From: an uncultured bacterium | GTDB lineage: Bacteria > UBA8481 | Length of the DNA stretch: 64,000 nucleotides | Assembly: GCA_964499705.1 (NCBI GenBank) | Contig: CAZCME010000015.1 | Location: 1 to 64,000 of the forward strand | Reading direction: 5' to 3' | In this document: in pieces, positions 58,830 to 64,000 of the stretch | Numbering within the stretch: the stretch's first letter is position 1 | Layout of the letters: each line of letters starts with the position of its first letter | Translations under genes and position numbers: made by a program | The notes under the pieces: model-generated | Database searches by the model: none | What the model saw: the letters and a program-made list of their open reading frames with translations, nothing else | Told to the model about the DNA's origin: nothing

Positions 58830-59458
58830 TTCAGTGCCGCCTCGATCCGATCTGTCAGTGTGCGGAGAGGTTCGGCGTTAATCTTGTAGGCTACACGGTT
58901 GGCGATGAGGCGCGCGCTCGACGAGTCGATCTCCTCGATCACCTTCAAACCGTTCGCGGCCAGCGTGGAGCCCGTCTCGACCAGGTCGACCACGATATCC
59001 GCGATTCCGGCCTGCGGCGCGAGCTCCACGGAACCGTAAAGCTTCACGATCTCCACGGGCCGCCCGCGCTTCTGAAAAGCCCGCTCTGCCGAGAGGGGAT
59101 ACTTGGTTGCGACTCTCCAGACCGGATAGGAGGGAATGACTCCTCCCGGCGAAGCTGCGACGAGCCGGCACCTGCCGAATCCGAGATCCAGGAGCTCATA
59201 CAGCGAAGCGTCGAAATCGTTGAATTCCCAGAGCACATCCTTCCCGACGACGCCCAGATCCGCCGCGCCATACGCGACATAGGTCGGAACATCCGCGGAC
59301 CGGACCGCCAGCGCCTCCAGCCGGCCGTCCGCGCTCAGGACACTGAGAGCCTTCGTCGCTTCGATGCCCGGAAACTCATACCCGAGCCGCGCCAGGATCG
59401 AGAGCATTTCCGTGAAGATGCGGCCCTTGGGAAGTGCGATTTTGATGGGGGAAGACAT
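58826..59458 (-). CDS. hisG: ATP phosphoribosyltransferase (short form)
   Basis: IALPKGR, DVPTYV, ADLGVVGKD, ATKYP, KLYGSVELAP, DLVETGSTL; 210 aa. Confidence 0.96.
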   Translation of the reverse strand: MSSPIKIALPKGRIFTEMLSILARLGYEFPGIEATKALSVLSADGRLEALAVRSADVPTYVAYGAADLGVVGKDVLWEFNDFDASLYELLDLGFGRCRLVAASPGGVIPSYPVWRVATKYPLSAERAFQKRGRPVEIVKLYGSVELAPQAGIADIVVDLVETGSTLAANGLKVIEEIDSSSARLIANRVAYKINAEPLRTLTDRIEAALK

Positions 59459-59490
59459 TCCGGAAGCATATAAGAGGATGGACGTTAACT

Positions 59491-59533
59491 AAATGTGAAA
59501 TGTGAATTGTGAAATCGTTTCACATTTCACATT
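59491..59533. repeat. Heptamer-periodic inverted repeat (possible terminator)
   Basis: aaatgtgaaatgtgaattgtgaaa-tcg-tttcacatttcacatt, between the CsgG-like gene and hisG. Confidence 0.65.
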
Positions 59534-59555
59534 CTCGTTTACTGGCGCCGACCGA

Positions 59556-60560
59556 TCACCTCGTCACTCGATCGTTCGCCATGAATCCTTCCCCCTCGAT
59601 CACCCGTCCCTCGGACCATCGATTCTCGACGCGTGTGATTTCGATGGTGCCGACCGTGAGCTTGGTTTCGCCGAGCATCTCGCCGGATTCGGGATCGACG
59701 AGTTCCTCGGTGACGCGGCTGATGCGGAAGCGGTCGCCGACTTTGACTCCGTCGGATATACCCCTGTTGATGACGATCCGGTCCGCGCTTTCGGCCTTCA
59801 CGACGCGCCCCTCGAACTTCTGCGTGACGAGAATCTCGATCGTTCCTGTATCGAGCGTCTTCGTGATGAACGCGGTCATTTCGCCGATCAGCTGCCGGAC
59901 GGCCTGGCCCATCGGATGATTCTCGCTTCCGCCGCCGGAGAAGGAGAAGCCCTGCAGGGTGCCGGCGACGTTGGCTCCGGACGACTTGATCTCCGCAGCC
60001 TGGTCATGCGTCTTCACGATCTCGCCGGTCATGGGATCGATCAGGCGGATGTCCGCCGCGATCCGCGCCTTGGCCTGAGTCACGCCGATGCCGAATCCGC
60101 CGAAGCCGATCCCGGCATTCCGGTTGCTGACGTTGTAGGAGAATTCCGTCACGGCGCCCTTGATCAGGAGCTGCGCGCCCTTGACGCGACCCGTGGCGAT
60201 CTGCTGCCCGCGCTGCGCCCGTCCGCTGTTGGTGAAGTCCTGCTCACCGAGTACTTCCGCCAGCGCGGCGCGTTCCAGCACGGTGTATCGGCCGGTCTTC
60301 TTCAGCTCGCGGATGAGCATTTCCGCCATGCCGGATCCGACATCGTTCAAGCTGCCGGGGACCTTGTTCTCGAAATCCAGGACGGCGACGCGGAGAAGAT
60401 TCTTCGGGGCTTCCGCGGCCGCCCTCGTTTCCGCCGTCGCAACCGCATCGGCGGAGACCGATGTCGCGTCGGAGGAGGGCGAAGCGGGGGCTGCTCCCAC
60501 CGATGCCGTAATCGACGCCGCCAGAATCATGCCCGTAGTGATGAAAATATTCTGCCTCAT
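59556..60560 (-). CDS. CsgG/HfaB-family protein with FlgT-like C-terminal domain
   Basis: Signal peptide; RVAVLDFEN, VLER..L..VL.EQ, GAQLLIKGAVTEF, DIRLID..TGEI; INRG..DGVKVGD, DPESGE.LG. Confidence 0.85.
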   Translation of the reverse strand: MRQNIFITTGMILAASITASVGAAPASPSSDATSVSADAVATAETRAAAEAPKNLLRVAVLDFENKVPGSLNDVGSGMAEMLIRELKKTGRYTVLERAALAEVLGEQDFTNSGRAQRGQQIATGRVKGAQLLIKGAVTEFSYNVSNRNAGIGFGGFGIGVTQAKARIAADIRLIDPMTGEIVKTHDQAAEIKSSGANVAGTLQGFSFSGGGSENHPMGQAVRQLIGEMTAFITKTLDTGTIEILVTQKFEGRVVKAESADRIVINRGISDGVKVGDRFRISRVTEELVDPESGEMLGETKLTVGTIEITRVENRWSEGRVIEGEGFMANDRVTR

Positions 60561-61015
60561 TGACCGCTCTCCTCCCAGGTACGCCTGTTGGATGAAATCA
60601 TCTTCTTAAGATCTTCAAGCTGTTTCTCGATATCTGTCAATTTCTTTTCCAGGAACTGAACGCGCTCCGTCAATCTCTGGCGCTCCGATAATAGCTCATT
60701 GCGTTCCTTCTGCCACGAAGTCCAACCCGAGTTCTGCAGGTAAGCGTTGGCACGGAGGATGCCCGACTGCTCCGCCGCGACCGGATAAGGATACGCGTTG
60801 GGCGCATGCGGATACCCGCTCCCGAAAGCCGCCGGTCCCACGGCCGCGTTATTCAGGGGGCGCAGGTACAGCGTCGATGCCGTGTCGTTGCCGAAAGTGC
60901 CGGGGCCGGACGGCGGCGTGTAGATGATGGTGGTGTTGTCGGAAGTGCACGGGAGCGAGACTCCCAGAGCAAGGGCTCCCGCCGAAATCATAGTTCTCAA
61001 ATGTGTGGCGCGCAT
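60557..61015 (-). CDS. Hypothetical exported protein with C-terminal coiled coil
   Basis: GGAGG RBS before ATG 61015; hydrophobic N-terminus; ATGA overlap with the CsgG-like gene. Confidence 0.55.
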   Translation of the reverse strand: MRATHLRTMISAGALALGVSLPCTSDNTTIIYTPPSGPGTFGNDTASTLYLRPLNNAAVGPAAFGSGYPHAPNAYPYPVAAEQSGILRANAYLQNSGWTSWQKERNELLSERQRLTERVQFLEKKLTDIEKQLEDLKKMISSNRRTWEESGQ

Positions 61016-61145
61016 GAGAAGCCTCCCTTCAGCCTGATAGACCGATCGCGGATCGAAAAGTTTCCAAGTCATTTTACCGCGAATTGATCCCGAATACACC
61101 GCTCAAATTCATCAGACGGAACTTCCCCATCCGATGGCAGGAAAA

Positions 61146-61267
61146 TTAACAGGATGGGCAGGATGGGAAGGATTTGAGAGGAATGAAAACCACTTCCCGA
61201 TCACAGGAATTAATTGCCTGTAATTCCACCCTGAATCAATCCTGCCTATCCTGACCATCCTGTTTAA
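61146..61267. repeat. Small element bounded by 9-bp-periodic inverted repeats
   Basis: ttaacaggatgggcaggatgggaaggat (61146-61173) ... atcctgcctatcctgaccatcctgtttaa (61239-61267). Confidence 0.75.
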
Positions 61268-61293
61268 CATTTTTGATGGGGAAATTCTGTTCA

Positions 61294-61653
61294 TCAGAGC
61301 TTCTTTCCGTCAAATTTCGTAAGGACCAGGGATTCCGGATCCACGCCTTCGAGACAGCGGACGTTCACAGCGCGCATCTCCTGTCCGTTCGGCCCCGTGC
61401 CCGCTCCGAAGGGATGGATGCCGCAGGAAGGGCAGAAGTAATGGTGAATCCGCTTCTTCCCGAACTGGTAGTCCGCGAGCGCGTCTTCGCCCGAAAGCAG
61501 CGTGAACTGGTCCGCAGGCACGAACGCGAGGAGCCATCCCGCCTTGGAGCAGATCGAGCAATTGCAAGCGATCGCCTTCTCCAGAGCCAGCTTCACCTCG
61601 AAGCGGATCTTCCCGCAGTGACATGATCCGCTATACATCCCTGGTTCCGTCAT
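61294..61653 (-). CDS. GFA/CENP-V family protein
   Basis: GSCHCG, CNCSIC, HYFCPSCGIHPF, AVNVRCL; ATGA overlap with the upstream gene. Confidence 0.92.
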   Translation of the reverse strand: MTEPGMYSGSCHCGKIRFEVKLALEKAIACNCSICSKAGWLLAFVPADQFTLLSGEDALADYQFGKKRIHHYFCPSCGIHPFGAGTGPNGQEMRAVNVRCLEGVDPESLVLTKFDGKKL

Positions 61654-64000
61654 CTTGACGTTCCTCCTGTTTGCCCGCTCGCCGTCACTTCTCCCGTCAA
61701 CCGGTTCATCATTCCGAATACGGAATCGATGTACGCCTGCGCGCCTTTTTCGCCGAAGCGCTTTTCGAGGACTTTCTTGAAATTGTCCATGTTGTCGCGG
61801 TTCGCGTCCAGCTCGCACGTCGCCTCGACGACGTCACGATAGGCTTCCAGTTCCACGCCGGAGATGCGCGCCGCGTCGAGCGCGCGGATGAAATACTTCG
61901 CGACCTTCGTCGCCAGTTTCGCCGGATCGCCGCCGTGGTTGTACTCCTTCAGCATGTTGGCGATCTGTTCGTTGTAGCTCTGGCGTCCCTGCGCTTCTGT
62001 AAGCGGAATCGAGAGCTGCGGCCTTTCGGGCGAGAGTAACGACGCGGCCGTGATCTTCCGGCCCGCGGCCTGAATCGAGAGGACCACGTGCTTGATCGCG
62101 GCCTCGGTCTGATAGGCCTCCGCCGCGAAATAGAGCGCGCGAGACTGCGCGTCGCGCAATTGCTGAGCGATCGCCTCCTTTTCCGCGGGAGCGGCATTCT
62201 CGTGCGCCTCTTTCAAGCGGATGATTTCCCGCAGGTTTTCTTCGTACAACCTGTTCCGTGCGGCCCATTCGATGTTTTCGTTGTCGACTCGCGCGCCCGC
62301 CAGTTCCTTCGCGCGCGCCTCGGCCTCGGCGCGCAGCTCCGCCTCGAAGCGCGATATCTTCCCGTTGGCTTCCTTGACCATTCCTTCGATCCGGTCGAGC
62401 CGCGCGTTGAGATCCGCTCGCTGCGCTTCCGGTATGTTCTCCAGGATCGTTCGGCGATGCTCGCCCCATTGCCGGTCGTTCAGATATTTTCTTGCGGCCA
62501 TGTATCCGAAATCGTCCTGGCGCGCGATATCGTCCTTGCCGCCGCGGAAGAGGTCGAAGACGGGATTCGTGTAGAAGTTGACGTCGAGAGTTCCTGCCGA
62601 TTCCTTGCCGCCCAGCTCGAGCGCGCGGCCCCAGCGCGAGCCGAACCGCGCGTTGAAGAGGATGACCGCGAGCTCGGCCTTCGGCCCGTAGAACGAGAGG
62701 TCGTAATCGCTCGTCAGGTTCGACGATCCGAACGCCTTCACGCTCGCCTCGCCGAACGATTCCTTCAGTTCCTTCACGATCTCGGCCGCGAGATCGTCGA
62801 TGACCTCCTTCCGGAGATTGAAGACCGCGCGCATCTGCGCGTCCGAGACGTCGTGATGGAGAAACGCCTTCTTCAGGGCGTTCCACGATCCGCCGTACTG
62901 TTCCATCAGACGCCGCACCGGCAAATATTCGTCCGTGAGGAATCGGTCGAATATCTCCATCGCGTCCCGCGTCTGAGAGACGCGGCCCTGTCCCTGTTCG
63001 CCGCCGATGTGGGAGGCGCGGAGCATGGCGACGGTGAGGAGATTTCCGATGAAGTCATCCTGCGTGATCTGGTTTCCCGAGAGCAGGCGGTTGAGGCCGG
63101 TCAGGAGCGCGGCTTCGCCGGTGGCGGTGATCGAGCCCGCGGCGGCACGGAAGAGCGCTTCCGCGCCCTCGGACGAGATGCGATCGCCGATCGCGCGGCG
63201 GATCCCTTCCTGCCCGAGCCGCATCGCGCCGCCGCCGAGGTTCAATGCGGATATGACGGCCGCGTTGTGGAGGAACTCCGATCCGAGCGCGCGCATCGAC
63301 CAGAGCCTGTCGTCGAGGATCATCTCGGGATTGATGGCGGTCCGCGCGCCGCGCGAGAGCGCCGTGAAGAGCGCCGCTTCGAGCGTTTTCTCCGCGCCCC
63401 ACGTCGCGATATACGCCGCGCCCGTTCGCGACACGAGATACCGTGCCGTGACCTTGATGCCCTCACGCTGGATGATCTCGCCCAGCGCCACGCGTCCGAA
63501 CGCGCCGGCGGCGAAGCGCCCGGAAATTCCGCCGGGAAGGACGACGGTCGCCGCGAGCTCGGCGGCGAACGCGGCGTTGACGTACTTGTCGATCGCCGCG
63601 AGCTTGCCTTCGTTCGCGAGCTCCGCCGCGGCTTTCGTGGGTTCCAAGGTGATCTCGCTCGGGATCCGATATCGCCCGTTCACGATGAAGCCGCGCTCCT
63701 CGAGGAATGCGCGATCGGCCTCCGCCAAGGCATCGACGGGCCGATACGCGGCGCGGATGAGCACCTGGTGGAGCTGAGCGATATCGTCGGATGCGGCGAG
63801 CAGTTCCTTCGCCGTCTCCTCGTGATACAGGCCGATCCGCGCGCCGCGCACCGGCCCGCGCCGATACCACGGCACGTCGAGATAATTGACGTAGGCTTCG
63901 TATTGCCCCGCGAGCGATGCCTCGCGAAGCTGGACGAGCGCAAGGAATCCCTTCTGGGGATCGTTTTCGCGCCGGGAAGCATCGAGGTCGTCGCGGAGCC
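61650..64000 (-). CDS. 3' part of a large protein (>780 aa) with a Gly/Ala-rich hydrophobic region and a C-terminal nucleotidyltransferase-like domain
   Basis: Frame stays open from 63875 to the window edge (LRDDLDASRRENDPQKG...); motif FGSSNLTSDYDLS...LDVNFY. Confidence 0.6.
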   Translation of the reverse strand, partial: LRDDLDASRRENDPQKGFLALVQLREASLAGQYEAYVNYLDVPWYRRGPVRGARIGLYHEETAKELLAASDDIAQLHQVLIRAAYRPVDALAEADRAFLEERGFIVNGRYRIPSEITLEPTKAAAELANEGKLAAIDKYVNAAFAAELAATVVLPGGISGRFAAGAFGRVALGEIIQREGIKVTARYLVSRTGAAYIATWGAEKTLEAALFTALSRGARTAINPEMILDDRLWSMRALGSEFLHNAAVISALNLGGGAMRLGQEGIRRAIGDRISSEGAEALFRAAAGSITATGEAALLTGLNRLLSGNQITQDDFIGNLLTVAMLRASHIGGEQGQGRVSQTRDAMEIFDRFLTDEYLPVRRLMEQYGGSWNALKKAFLHHDVSDAQMRAVFNLRKEVIDDLAAEIVKELKESFGEASVKAFGSSNLTSDYDLSFYGPKAELAVILFNARFGSRWGRALELGGKESAGTLDVNFYTNPVFDLFRGGKDDIARQDDFGYMAARKYLNDRQWGEHRRTILENIPEAQRADLNARLDRIEGMVKEANGKISRFEAELRAEAEARAKELAGARVDNENIEWAARNRLYEENLREIIRLKEAHENAAPAEKEAIAQQLRDAQSRALYFAAEAYQTEAAIKHVVLSIQAAGRKITAASLLSPERPQLSIPLTEAQGRQSYNEQIANMLKEYNHGGDPAKLATKVAKYFIRALDAARISGVELEAYRDVVEATCELDANRDNMDNFKKVLEKRFGEKGAQAYIDSVFGMMNRLTGEVTASGQTGGTSR

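Noticed and set aside
53461-60563. Long plus-strand ORFs (53461-54639, 54660-55862, 56437-57507, 57612-58814, 59502-60563)
   Set aside because: Antisense shadows of well-supported high-GC genes, with no recognisable motifs.

Overview
The window has two parts. Positions 1 to ~34875 are the right-hand part of a large integrated element whose left end lies outside the window. It is inserted at the 3' end of a tRNA-Glu(TTC) gene and carries a large serine integrase and a divergent cI/cro-like switch. It also holds a dense defence island: ArdC, a stand-alone deaminase, a large Zn-ribbon/PD-(D/E)xK protein, a type I R-M system with two M subunits and an embedded Dsr1-like sirtuin broken by an IS256, a GmrSD-like nuclease and an AbiE toxin-antitoxin pair. 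The most unusual part is a single ~11.5 kb minus-strand operon (32653 to 21183) with mostly overlapping start/stop codons. In it, a phage-type replication initiator and DnaC-like loader are interleaved with an apparent c-di-GMP module: an intact diguanylate cyclase, a PilZ-like protein, a degenerate GGDEF protein with an I-site, and an unannotated 51-aa Arg-repeat peptide. These are followed by a membrane protein, a membrane-tailed AAA+ ATPase, a YdjM-like hydrolase, a RadA/Sms with an FtsK-gamma-like tail, and a thermonuclease fused to a Wza/OPX-like export protein. No phage structural or T4SS genes are visible. Positions ~34876-64000 look like host chromosome: tRNA-Glu, dapA, lysA, envelope proteins, a 3124-aa five-module beta-helix/FN3 protein with a T9SS-like C-terminus next to a PorV-like gene, hisG-D-C-B-argG-argH, CsgG-like and GFA genes, and the 3' part of a large protein with a nucleotidyltransferase-like motif. 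All protein calls come from motifs recognised by eye; no database searches were run.
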